64,000 nt of DNA, from the sequence record PQ898602.1; one strand, given 5' to 3'. Numbering within the stretch: position 1 is the stretch's first letter; each line of letters opens with the position of its first letter. Below, one piece after another: positions 1-7,910 of this stretch. Made by a program: the position numbers and the translations under genes. The notes under the pieces were generated by a model, which did no database searches, had not been told where the DNA came from, and saw only the letters and a list, made by a program, of their open reading frames with translations.

Positions 1-2
1 AT

Positions 3-167
3 ATGATTAACGAAAACGTTTTCCAACGTTATCTTCCAGAGTTCGAGGGAAGTGGTAAGACCATCCATCAGTACATGGTTCCTGCATATTACTGGTTGGG
101 TTGGGGTATCAAAGGTAATCGCGAAATCTACGCATACGTTTATGCCAACAAACTCAAGTTTGGGTGA
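3..167 (+). CDS. C-terminal end of a probable phage lysozyme-like protein (5' end outside window)
   Basis: Frame-3 reading MINENVFQRYLPEFEG...YWLGWGIKGNREIYAY ending TGA 165-167; resembles the C-terminus of cyanomyovirus lysozyme-like proteins as recalled. Confidence 0.45.
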   Translation: MINENVFQRYLPEFEGSGKTIHQYMVPAYYWLGWGIKGNREIYAYVYANKLKFG

Positions 168-351
168 TTATACACCAGGGGGTCTTGACGTGACCCCCAC
201 CAATATACTAAGATTGATTAGTGAATTGGAAGGTTCTTACCAACTCCTCAAGTATATGGGGTTTTCTGAAGACCAAGAGACCATTGACAAACTCAAAAGT
301 AAGTACTATACTATGTACTTCAAGGAAAAGAAAAAGGTCGAGGGTCATTAG
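142..351 (+). CDS. hypothetical protein
   Basis: ORF 52..351; start at ATG 142 preferred to limit overlap with upstream gene; stop overlaps tRNA-Arg 5' end. Confidence 0.5.
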   Translation: MPTNSSLGDYTPGGLDVTPTNILRLISELEGSYQLLKYMGFSEDQETIDKLKSKYYTMYFKEKKKVEGH

Positions 352-413
352 TTAAGTGGATATAACCTCCGCCTTCTAAGCGGATGTCCCAGGTTCGAGT
401 CCTGGATGACCTG
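342..413 (+). tRNA. trnR: tRNA-Arg(UCU)
   Basis: Cloverleaf: GGGTCAT/ATGACCT acceptor, TCCGC-CTTCTAA-GCGGA anticodon arm, TTCGAGT T-loop. Confidence 0.95.
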
Positions 414-418
414 CCTAA

Positions 419-490
419 TCCTCTTTAGCTCAGCGGTAGAGCGAACGACTGTTAATCGTTTGGTCCCTGGTTCGATCCCAGGAAGGGGAG
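419..490 (+). tRNA. trnN: tRNA-Asn(GUU)
   Basis: TCCTCTT/AAGGGGA acceptor, AACGA-CTGTTAA-TCGTT arm, TTCGATC T-loop. Confidence 0.95.
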
Positions 491-612
491 TAGCGGACTT
501 GGCATACGTCCGTACTCACGTCTCCGAGAGAAAAAAGAATCGGAAATCCAACCCATGTGAGTGAGAGGTGGGATCCCTCTTGGTGCTACCGTTGCTGACG
601 AGTGGCGGTTAT
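491..612 (+). ncRNA. candidate multi-stem structured RNA between tRNA-Asn and tRNA-Leu
   Basis: Complementary segments GCGGAC/GTCCGT, CTCAC/GTGAG enclosing TCCGA/TCGGA, AGAGG/CCTCT, ACCG/CGGT; no credible + strand ORF. Confidence 0.5.
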
Positions 613-617
613 TATTA

Positions 618-699
618 GTCGATGTGGCGGAATTGGTAGACGCGCTGGTTTTAGGTACCAGTTCTTTCGAGAGTGAAGGTTCAAGTCCTTTCATCGACA
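618..699 (+). tRNA. trnL: tRNA-Leu(UAG)
   Basis: GTCGATG/CATCGAC acceptor, CTGGT-TTTAGGT-ACCAG arm, long variable arm. Confidence 0.95.
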
Positions 700-700
700 C

Positions 701-729
701 TTGACAATCATATTTTTCTCTGGTATGGT
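701..729 (+). promoter_or_regulatory. sigma70-like early promoter
   Basis: TTGACA-N17-TATGGT upstream of tRNA-Gly. Confidence 0.6.
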
Positions 730-737
730 TGTCTTAT

Positions 738-812
738 GCGGGTTTAGTTCAGTGGTAGAACGTCAGCCTTCCAAGCTGAATGTCATCGGTTCAAATCCGA
801 TAATCCGCTCCA
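738..812 (+). tRNA. trnG: tRNA-Gly(UCC), CCA encoded
   Basis: GCGGGTT/AATCCGC acceptor, TCAGC-CTTCCAA-GCTGA arm, ends T-CCA. Confidence 0.95.
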
Positions 813-884
813 GCTTGAATAGCTCAGCGGTAGAGCATCTCCTTTACACGGAGGCGGTCGGGGGTTCGATCCCCTCTTCAAGCA
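813..884 (+). tRNA. trnV: tRNA-Val(UAC)
   Basis: GCTTGAA/TTCAAGC acceptor, TCTCC-TTTACAC-GGAGG arm. Confidence 0.95.
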
Positions 885-917
885 TATATAAAGTCCAAAC
901 AAAAAGAAGATTCATTA

Positions 918-1124
918 ATGTGGAGAATCTGGTGTTATGCACTCGGACAAAAAGAAGGCAGATCCAAACGAGATGCGGACAATATTGCTATCATACGTAC
1001 TATTATACTCCTTTCTTATTTGGTTACTAATTTTTTTATTACTGCAGGAGTAATCAGACATTGGAATGCAAATACTTGTAAGGAATATTTGAATGGACAA
1101 AATCCCATATCTCAGGAAAGATAA
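918..1124 (+). CDS. hypothetical membrane protein
   Basis: 68 aa ORF with one hydrophobic segment; cyanophage-like. Confidence 0.6.
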   Translation: MWRIWCYALGQKEGRSKRDADNIAIIRTIILLSYLVTNFFITAGVIRHWNANTCKEYLNGQNPISQER

Positions 1125-1683
1125 TTTTTATACAAACTCAGAACTCTCTCTGATTATGAGAGAACTGAACTATCTTACTTCGCATAATATTATTCTAAGT
1201 GATGATGCGGAAGAATCTGGTGCTTTCAGTGCAGATATGACAAGTAAGAAAGCAATGTGGTTTAATGAAGTTTATAAACAACAAAGATTTTCTCCTACAT
1301 GGAGATTGACAGATAAAGTCCTACAGGGACCTACCCATGAGTTCTTTGAATTAAGTCCAATGAATAGAAATATTCTGGACACGAATGAGTATAGTCTTTT
1401 ATTGTCTTACTATGAAAATGATGGATTTTATAGAAGACATTGTGATTCTTGTCATTACACTGGATTGATTTGGTTCTGCAATCAACCACAAAAATTTACT
1501 GGAGGTGACTTAAAATTTCATGATTCTAATGAAATTGTTAAGTTTGACAACAACACATTAATTTTATTTCCTAGTTGGGCTGATCACGAAGTAATCCCCG
1601 TAAAACTAGATGCCCAGTATGAAAATAAACAAATGGGGAGATATTGTTTATCTATTTTCTTTAACATCGTACACCCAAATTAA
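1093..1683 (+). CDS. 2OG-Fe(II) oxygenase (prolyl-hydroxylase-like)
   Basis: HCD...GGDL...FPSWADHEV...R motifs. Confidence 0.85.
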   Translation: MDKIPYLRKDNFYTNSELSLIMRELNYLTSHNIILSDDAEESGAFSADMTSKKAMWFNEVYKQQRFSPTWRLTDKVLQGPTHEFFELSPMNRNILDTNEYSLLLSYYENDGFYRRHCDSCHYTGLIWFCNQPQKFTGGDLKFHDSNEIVKFDNNTLILFPSWADHEVIPVKLDAQYENKQMGRYCLSIFFNIVHPN

Positions 1684-1775
1684 TAATTTTTTAATGAATG
1701 TTACGAGATGAACATATTAGATTGACAACTAAGTGCTTGTAACTATTATATAGCCATGTACAACTCAATAATCAC

Positions 1776-1946
1776 ATGGACAAACACACCTATAATAATT
1801 GGGTGAAAGTTAAGGAAACCTTCGAGGCTTCTGGAAACACTAATAACATGTTTTATCAAAGGGCATGTGCCATAGTTGGAACTGGTAAAGATCCATTATC
1901 AAAATTTCTAGGAGACAAGGAGGAACCCCATGATGAGTCCGTATGA
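1776..1946 (+). CDS. hypothetical protein (56 aa, below ORF-track cut-off)
   Basis: MDKHTYNNWVKVKETFEASGNTNNMFYQRAC...; translated by hand. Confidence 0.6.
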   Translation: MDKHTYNNWVKVKETFEASGNTNNMFYQRACAIVGTGKDPLSKFLGDKEEPHDESV

Positions 1947-2133
1947 TGATGAGTCAGTTTCACGTACAGAAGTACAGGAGATGATTGATGCAGCAATTCG
2001 TCAACACAACCGCAATGCTTCTATCATCAGTATGTGTGTCGGGTGGGTTGTTTTGGCTCTCTTCGCTGAGGGTCTTTTGAGGTTGATAGGTGTAATTCCG
2101 CCAATCTTCCCATGGCTGAACATTCACTTGTAG
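1930..2133 (+). CDS. hypothetical membrane protein
   Basis: ORF with C-terminal TM helix; AGGAGG-like SD upstream. Confidence 0.65.
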   Translation: MMSPYDDESVSRTEVQEMIDAAIRQHNRNASIISMCVGWVVLALFAEGLLRLIGVIPPIFPWLNIHL

Positions 2134-2297
2134 ACTGGATTTGGGTGGTTGTCATCGGATTATTCGGTGCAACCATGATTATTCAGGGGCATTTTATCTA
2201 TCATGGTAAACATGGTTATTCCAGAAAAGACTATGATGACCAACAAAAAAAAGATCATGTTCGTAAACAAGTAGAAAGAGTTATCAAAGGTAAATGA
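2112..2297 (+). CDS. hypothetical membrane protein
   Basis: 61 aa ORF, N-terminal TM. Confidence 0.5.
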   Translation: MAEHSLVDWIWVVVIGLFGATMIIQGHFIYHGKHGYSRKDYDDQQKKDHVRKQVERVIKGK

Positions 2298-2443
2298 ACG
2301 AGGATCAAAAAAGAGAATTTTACAAATCACTCAGAGAAAGAGTTCATCAACTTAGAATGGGACATTTATTTGAAGAACCATGCCCACTCTATGAACCAGA
2401 GTGGGATTCAGATTGTCGTATGACTTACGATGATCATGAGTAA
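2294..2443 (+). CDS. hypothetical protein (49 aa)
   Basis: MNEDQKREFYKSLRERVHQLRMGHLFEEPCPLYEPEW...; ATGA-type overlap with upstream gene. Confidence 0.55.
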   Translation: MNEDQKREFYKSLRERVHQLRMGHLFEEPCPLYEPEWDSDCRMTYDDHE

Positions 2444-2557
2444 TTCTGAAGCAATAGAACTGATTAATGCCATGGCTCAGATGCTATACATGATGGTTGC
2501 TTGGTTGTCTGGAATATATCTTGGTTACATGATAGGTTTTAGAAACGGGAGTGGATC

Positions 2558-2662
2558 ATGAAAGGAAACACAACTCTAGTATTGTATTCTGCGATAATTT
2601 TTGGTATAATTGCTTTGTTTGTTGTATGGGGCGTAACCCATGCATATTCACCACTATATTGA
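2558..2662 (+). CDS. single-TM microprotein, NdhQ-like
   Basis: MKGNTTLVLYSAIIFGIIALFVVWGVTHAYSPLY; resembles the NdhQ C-terminal pattern SAxxxxGxIAxxxxWxxxxAY as recalled. Confidence 0.4.
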   Translation: MKGNTTLVLYSAIIFGIIALFVVWGVTHAYSPLY

Positions 2663-2665
2663 ACA

Positions 2666-3310
2666 ATGAAGATCTTTATTGACACCGCACAGACCTCTGA
2701 AATCCATAGTGCATTTCAGACTGGTCTAGTTGATGGTGTTACAACAAATCCATCTCTCATCATGAAGAGTGGTCGCGATCCTGAGGATGTGTATCAAGAA
2801 CTGATTGAAGCAGGTATTCCTGATATCAGTATGGAGGTTGTCGGTACTGTTGGTGAGATGTATAATGAAGGTATCCGTCTAGCTGAAAAGTTTGGAGACC
2901 AAGCCACTATCAAGTTGCCTTGCACTCCTGATGGTTTGCAGGTTTGTCGTCATCTGACCGCAAAAGATATTCGTACTAATGTTACCCTTATCTTCTCTGC
3001 TTCTCAGGCTGTACTTGCTGCAAAAGCTGGTGCAACTTACATTTCACCTTTTGTTGGTCGTCTTACCGATAATGGTTTTGATGGTCTTGAATTGATTCGT
3101 ACTATCTACGAAATCTATAAGAAGGACGGATGTCCTACCGAGATTCTTGCTGCATCTGTACGTAGTCCAGAAGTTGTTGCCCTTTGTTATCGTGAAGGTG
3201 CAGACATTTGTACTATTCCCCCAGGTGTTTTCAACAAGATGTATGAAAGTGTCCTGACCCGTGAAGGACTTGCTATTTTCCAAAAAGACTGGGATTCTAT
3301 CCAGAAGTGA
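2666..3310 (+). CDS. talC: transaldolase (TalC/FSA family)
   Basis: KIFIDTA, GVTTNPSL, catalytic IKLP, TNVTLIFS, YISPFVGR. Confidence 0.97.
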   Translation: MKIFIDTAQTSEIHSAFQTGLVDGVTTNPSLIMKSGRDPEDVYQELIEAGIPDISMEVVGTVGEMYNEGIRLAEKFGDQATIKLPCTPDGLQVCRHLTAKDIRTNVTLIFSASQAVLAAKAGATYISPFVGRLTDNGFDGLELIRTIYEIYKKDGCPTEILAASVRSPEVVALCYREGADICTIPPGVFNKMYESVLTREGLAIFQKDWDSIQK

Positions 3311-3319
3311 TGACAACTT

Positions 3320-3997
3320 ATGAAAAAAACTATTCTTGCTATGATTGCAGCAGTTTCTCTGGGAACTCCTGTATTTGCTGATCCAATCACCAAAGATGAG
3401 TTCTTCACCCCTCATGCTCAGGGGTGCATGTTGCTCCAAGAATGTACCGATCATGTTCAAGAACTTAAAACAGTTTCTGATCTCAACAAAAACGAGGAAC
3501 TGGCTGATGTTGATTACAGTATTGTTGCTGATGAGTTTAACTCTCTCGTCCGATCACTTAATAAGGTCGGAGCTAAAGTTTTTCTAGCAGATATGCGATA
3601 CTTCCCAATCGGTCATCGTGGTGTTTATCATACCGTAGGTAACAACTTCTTCTTGAATGTTGCCCATATGCATCGTCCTGGAGTGATGATGTCGGTAATG
3701 CGTCACGAAGGATGGCACGCTGCTCAAGATTGTATGGCAGGAACAATCAATAATAATTTCATTGCTATTATTCACAATCAAGAAGAAGTTCCTAAGATGT
3801 ATCAAGCAATCGCAAAGAGTGCTTATGCATCGCAACCACACGCTATTCCCTGGGAGAAAGAGGCATACTGGGCAGGTCACACTGAGGGTATGACTCAGGC
3901 GGCACTTGAGTCATGTGCTGCTGGTACCATGTGGACTGATTATGAACCAACACCTATGACACGCGAATGGCTTGAAGAAAACGGATACATTAAATAA
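3320..3997 (+). CDS. secreted protein with HExxH zinc-peptidase-like motif
   Basis: Signal peptide MKKTILAMIAAVSLGTPVFA; RHEGWHAAQ and downstream EKEAY. Confidence 0.6.
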   Translation: MKKTILAMIAAVSLGTPVFADPITKDEFFTPHAQGCMLLQECTDHVQELKTVSDLNKNEELADVDYSIVADEFNSLVRSLNKVGAKVFLADMRYFPIGHRGVYHTVGNNFFLNVAHMHRPGVMMSVMRHEGWHAAQDCMAGTINNNFIAIIHNQEEVPKMYQAIAKSAYASQPHAIPWEKEAYWAGHTEGMTQAALESCAAGTMWTDYEPTPMTREWLEENGYIK

Positions 3998-4017
3998 GAC
4001 AGACGAGGAAAGAAACC

Positions 4018-4194
4018 ATGTCACAATTCTGCTTCACCGATCTCTCTGATGAACAACGCCGATTGTTAATCGACGCAGTATGGATGAGACAAAGATCCTA
4101 TATTGCTGGAGATCGAATGTTCAGAGAGTATGGGAAGATGTTAGATGATTTGAGAATTGGTTTTGAAGATTACGTTCCATGTCAATACAGATGA
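4018..4194 (+). CDS. hypothetical protein (58 aa)
   Basis: Hand-translated MSQFCFTDLSDEQRRLLIDAVWMRQ...; ATGA overlap with zwf. Confidence 0.55.
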   Translation: MSQFCFTDLSDEQRRLLIDAVWMRQRSYIAGDRMFREYGKMLDDLRIGFEDYVPCQYR

Positions 4195-5528
4195 AAGCTA
4201 TTGTAATTTTCGGTGCAACAGGAGATCTCTGTAAGAGAAAACTTATCCCTGCACTTCATGAATTGTTCCAAAGAAACCTACTTCCAGAAAACTTTCTAAT
4301 TGTAGGATCTTCTCGGAGAGACCCAGGTACCAAGTCCTGGACTGATAGCCTCGGGGATTACCCCGAGGATTTTTTGCAAATGATGGACTATGTGTCCACT
4401 GATCTGGACAACCCAGAATCACTACATCATCTGGATTATCTAAAGGAGTACGATACAACTTACTTCCTTTCAGTTCCACCAGAGAGGTATGCAAATGCAA
4501 TTGTCAACCTTAAAGCATCGGGTGCTCTCGATGATCCCGAAAGGTCCAGATTGGTTATCGAAAAACCCTTTGGGCACGATTATAAATCTGCTGATAATCT
4601 ACAGTCAGTGGTGGGCAGACATTTACGCGAGAAACAAGTATATCGCATTGACCATTATCTTGGTAAAGATACTGTCAATAACATCCTTGCTACTCGTTTC
4701 AGTAATATTCTTCTTGAACCACTTTGGAATCGTCAGTACATAGAAGAAGTTCAAGTCTTTGCAACTGAAACTATCGGTTGTGAAGGTCGTGCTCAATACT
4801 ACGAAACTTCTGGTGCAGTGAGGGACATGTTGCAGAATCATCTGCTTCAAGTCCTTGCGTTGATTGCAATGGAACCTCCTTGTAAGAACGATGCAAAGGA
4901 GATTCGCAGAGAGAAAACTAAAGTTCTTGCTGCGACCAGACTTGGTGATGAAATGGTCCTTGGTCAATATCAATCGTATAGAGACGAGGATGGTGTTGAC
5001 GAGAATAGTACCACTCCAACATTTGTTGCTGGTAATCTATTCATTGACAACTGGAGATGGGAGGGTGTTCCTTTCCACTTCATGACTGGTAAGAAAATGC
5101 CAGTATCTTGTGTTGAGGTTGTGGTTAAATTTAAGTCACCACCGCAAACACTATTTGAAGGTCATGAGTGTAATGACAGAATCGTAATGCGATTCCAACC
5201 TGATCCTCACTTGGATATGAGAATCGATATCAAGTCTCCTGGACTTGACGATAGAGTTGAACCTGCAACACTGCAGTATCACTATCCAAAAGATAGAGCT
5301 GTAGATGGTTATGTTCGACTTCTGAATGATGCAATTACTGGTGATCAATCACACTTCGTTCATTCTGATGAAGTGTTAGAATCTTGGAGAATTGTTGATG
5401 ATCTCCTTTGTACTGGAGATCAATGTCGTATCAGAACCAAACCTTATATCTATCATGATGGACTATGGGGACCTTGGTACAAACTAGACCAAATCACTAA
5501 CTGGGACTTTCCACTGAGGTTAAATTAG
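4191..5528 (+). CDS. zwf: glucose-6-phosphate 1-dehydrogenase
   Basis: IFGATGDL, EKPFG, YRIDHYLGK, RDMLQNHLLQ. Confidence 0.97.
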   Translation: MKAIVIFGATGDLCKRKLIPALHELFQRNLLPENFLIVGSSRRDPGTKSWTDSLGDYPEDFLQMMDYVSTDLDNPESLHHLDYLKEYDTTYFLSVPPERYANAIVNLKASGALDDPERSRLVIEKPFGHDYKSADNLQSVVGRHLREKQVYRIDHYLGKDTVNNILATRFSNILLEPLWNRQYIEEVQVFATETIGCEGRAQYYETSGAVRDMLQNHLLQVLALIAMEPPCKNDAKEIRREKTKVLAATRLGDEMVLGQYQSYRDEDGVDENSTTPTFVAGNLFIDNWRWEGVPFHFMTGKKMPVSCVEVVVKFKSPPQTLFEGHECNDRIVMRFQPDPHLDMRIDIKSPGLDDRVEPATLQYHYPKDRAVDGYVRLLNDAITGDQSHFVHSDEVLESWRIVDDLLCTGDQCRIRTKPYIYHDGLWGPWYKLDQITNWDFPLRLN

Positions 5529-5616
5529 GAAATGGAAACATTATTTGTATTTCTTTTCATTACCTTGCTAACTACTAGTATGCATCTAACATGGCCAGGT
5601 AGATACCGAGGGTAAC

Positions 5617-5853
5617 ATGAAAAAACAATCCGAGGAAGAACGCAAAAAGAAAATAGAGGAGATTGCTAGACACATGCATCCGCATGATGACGAACCTGAT
5701 CCTACTGCATATATGGGGAACTATAACTTTCCTCAGATGCTTTTTGCTTTCTGCCTTGGATTTGTGACTATGTTTGTCTTATCAGTAAATGAGATAAACA
5801 ATTTCAAAGGATGTCCTTTACCAGAATATTTTATCAACGAAGGAAAACAATGA
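5617..5853 (+). CDS. hypothetical membrane protein
   Basis: 78 aa ORF, one TM; overlaps gnd start. Confidence 0.55.
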   Translation: MKKQSEEERKKKIEEIARHMHPHDDEPDPTAYMGNYNFPQMLFAFCLGFVTMFVLSVNEINNFKGCPLPEYFINEGKQ

Positions 5854-6893
5854 AAGTAGGACTAATCGGACTCGGACGGATGGGCGAAGGAATGTCCCGT
5901 CGAATGATGGACCGAGGAAACATCGAAGTTTATGGTTACAGACGAAACTATGACAAGGCACAAGAAGCAGCAAAGAGTGGGTATATTACTGCAGCTGCAG
6001 ATTCTCTGGAAAGCCTTGTTCAAGTAGTCAAAGACGGCGGATCTGCGGGTCAAGTACCTGGAATCTTCCAACTTGTTATCCCCGCAGAACTCGTACAGGA
6101 GACTATCAATGAGTTATTACCATTACTTAGTGATGGAGATATTGTTATTGATCATGGCAATTCCAATTTTAAGGACTCGCGCCGCAGAGCAGAGTCCCTG
6201 GAGAAATTGGGCATCCAATATATTGATTGTGGTACTAGTGGTGGTGTCTACGGCTTGGAGCGTGGATACTGTCTTATGGTTGGAGGCAGAGATCAAGCAG
6301 TCGGCGTATGCCGCCCTCTATTCGACGCCCTCGCACCAGGCATCAGTGCTGCCCCACGAACAAGTGACAGAGACAACTTCACTTGGTACCCAGAAGAATT
6401 TGGATGGATTCATGCAGGCGCCCCAGGTGCAGGTCACTTCGTGAAGATGGTTCACAATGGAATCGAATACGGAATTATGCAAGCATACGCCGAAGGATTT
6501 AATATCCTGCATGAGGCTAATGCTGGGTCGAAGTACGTTAAAGAGGGTGATGCAGAAGTCGCTCCAATGGATTGCCCAGAAGACTATTGTTATGACATTA
6601 ACGTTGCTAAAGTGGCTGAGTGTTGGCGCCGCGGTAGTGTTGTTGGTTCTTGGTTACTTGACCTTACTGCGGATGTATTACGCCGCGACCGAGAGCTTGA
6701 TGCTTTCGCTGGGGGTGTCTCCGATTCTGGCGAGGGACGTTGGACTGTTCACGCTGCTGTGGACCTTGGGGTACCCTCTCCTGTCATCAGTAGTGCATTG
6801 TGGTCGCGTTTTGAGTCGCGCCGTCTTGGTGCTTTCGCAGCCAAGGTTCTAAATGGTATGCGTGCTATGTTTGGAGGACATGATGTCCGATAG
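5850..6893 (+). CDS. gnd: 6-phosphogluconate dehydrogenase (short YqeC/GntZ type)
   Basis: GLIGLGRMG, DHGNS, DCGTSGG, HFVKMVHNGIEYG. Confidence 0.97.
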   Translation: MKVGLIGLGRMGEGMSRRMMDRGNIEVYGYRRNYDKAQEAAKSGYITAAADSLESLVQVVKDGGSAGQVPGIFQLVIPAELVQETINELLPLLSDGDIVIDHGNSNFKDSRRRAESLEKLGIQYIDCGTSGGVYGLERGYCLMVGGRDQAVGVCRPLFDALAPGISAAPRTSDRDNFTWYPEEFGWIHAGAPGAGHFVKMVHNGIEYGIMQAYAEGFNILHEANAGSKYVKEGDAEVAPMDCPEDYCYDINVAKVAECWRRGSVVGSWLLDLTADVLRRDRELDAFAGGVSDSGEGRWTVHAAVDLGVPSPVISSALWSRFESRRLGAFAAKVLNGMRAMFGGHDVR

Positions 6894-6972
6894 CACTCAT
6901 TGGATCTGCACAAAGTGTGGAGGCAAAGGATGTGAACATTGTAATGAAACAGGATGGGAACCTAAAAAATGA
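6883..6972 (+). CDS. 29-aa Cys-rich microprotein (CxxCxGxGCxxC zinc-finger-like)
   Basis: MSDSTHWICTKCGGKGCEHCNETGWEPKK, fills the gap between gnd and the next gene. Confidence 0.45.
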   Translation: MSDSTHWICTKCGGKGCEHCNETGWEPKK

Positions 6973-7442
6973 GTATTTGCATTGGAATGAATACGTTGTT
7001 AGCAACTGCTGCAACAATGATTGTTGGTGAAGTGACTCCCGAATCAGTTAGAACTTACGTTTCACTTAACGCTGATCCTTGGGACAATAATGCACAAATA
7101 GACTTTGAGGAACCAATGGGTTCTTTTGGTCTTGAATATGATATTCATACAAATGTCAGATTGTTTGCAGAGCATCTTTCGTCACCGATGCAATGTAATG
7201 ATCACCCAGGAGTAAATCATGCTGGAGTTAAACTTCTCGCACCAATCAATGACTTTACTCTTTACTCTGGGATCAGCATTAACAATTCTGATTTTGATAG
7301 TAATGATCGGTTTGAAGGACCACTGGTATCGTTAGGTGTGGAATATGGTGATGATTTTAAAGTCTATGCCGAACATCTTGCCAGTGTAAAATCAATTGAA
7401 GATGGTAGAACATCTTTCGGATTCAAGGTATTTTTCAAATGA
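6969..7442 (+). CDS. putative outer-membrane beta-barrel protein
   Basis: Alternating amphipathic strands; C-terminal SFGFKVFFK aromatic signature. Confidence 0.55.
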   Translation: MSICIGMNTLLATAATMIVGEVTPESVRTYVSLNADPWDNNAQIDFEEPMGSFGLEYDIHTNVRLFAEHLSSPMQCNDHPGVNHAGVKLLAPINDFTLYSGISINNSDFDSNDRFEGPLVSLGVEYGDDFKVYAEHLASVKSIEDGRTSFGFKVFFK

Positions 7443-7573
7443 TTCTAGCAAACGTTCTTTTATATGCATGTGTTCCATTTTGTCTAGTGACATTATTCTT
7501 TGGAACTAAAGGTGGTTACTATGATACTGATAAGTATGATGGTGATGGTACTGCACATAAGGTATTAAAATGA
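7439..7573 (+). CDS. ndhP: NDH-1 complex small subunit NdhP homologue (44 aa)
   Basis: MILANVLLYACVPFCLVTLFFGTKGGYYDTDKYDGDGTAH matches the NdhP signature LFFGTxxGxYDTDxYxGxGxAH. Confidence 0.8.
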   Translation: MILANVLLYACVPFCLVTLFFGTKGGYYDTDKYDGDGTAHKVLK

Positions 7574-7655
7574 ACCACGAACAAACACAACAGAATCACC
7601 CCGAATCGGAACAACAACCACATCCAGAATCAGAACAACACGGGCACGAAGAGTC

Positions 7656-7832
7656 ATGATTCACCACGTCCAATTGTTTGTTAGACATACTATGGAAAGT
7701 CCATGGGGGATAGGTATCCTGTCCCTCGCATTGGTAGTGGTTCCTATCATTGGGATGGATTTAGTTCATAAGTATGGTTGGGAACATTGGGAACCATTTA
7801 ATAAACCATTTGACAAGTGGTTTGAGAAATAG
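7656..7832 (+). CDS. hypothetical membrane protein (58 aa)
   Basis: Hand-translated ...LVVVPIIGMDLVHKYGWEHWEPF... Confidence 0.55.
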   Translation: MIHHVQLFVRHTMESPWGIGILSLALVVVPIIGMDLVHKYGWEHWEPFNKPFDKWFEK

Positions 7833-7838
7833 TATAAT
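7810..7838 (+). promoter_or_regulatory. consensus sigma70-like early promoter
   Basis: TTGACA-N17-TATAAT. Confidence 0.85.
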
Positions 7839-7844
7839 GCTATG

Positions 7845-7907
7845 GTTGAGAGATCAACTGCGGTGACCCCCTTGGTAGTTCAGGGTTAGCGGCGATAGGA
7901 ACTGCCA
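7845..7907 (+). ncRNA. candidate pseudoknotted leader RNA upstream of tRNA-Pro
   Basis: GTTGA-GAGA-TCAAC hairpin; stem CTGC..GACCC/GGGTT..GCGG; loop TGGTAGTTC complementary to downstream GAACTGCCA. Confidence 0.55.
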
Positions 7908-7910
7908 CCT

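Noticed and set aside
452-1030. ORF-track ORFs 452..700 (-) and 701..1030 (+)
   Set aside because: They run across tRNA genes and read as translated tRNA sequence; spurious
2666-7442. cp12 expected near talC/zwf/gnd
   Set aside because: No ORF with the CP12 C-terminal CxxxPxxxxC motif was found by eye in this block; it may lie outside the window
7570-7659. 29-aa His/Gln/Glu peptide with a duplicated HPESEQ
   Set aside because: Fits between its neighbours by ATGA overlaps, but low complexity and no homology I can recognise; not enough support to call
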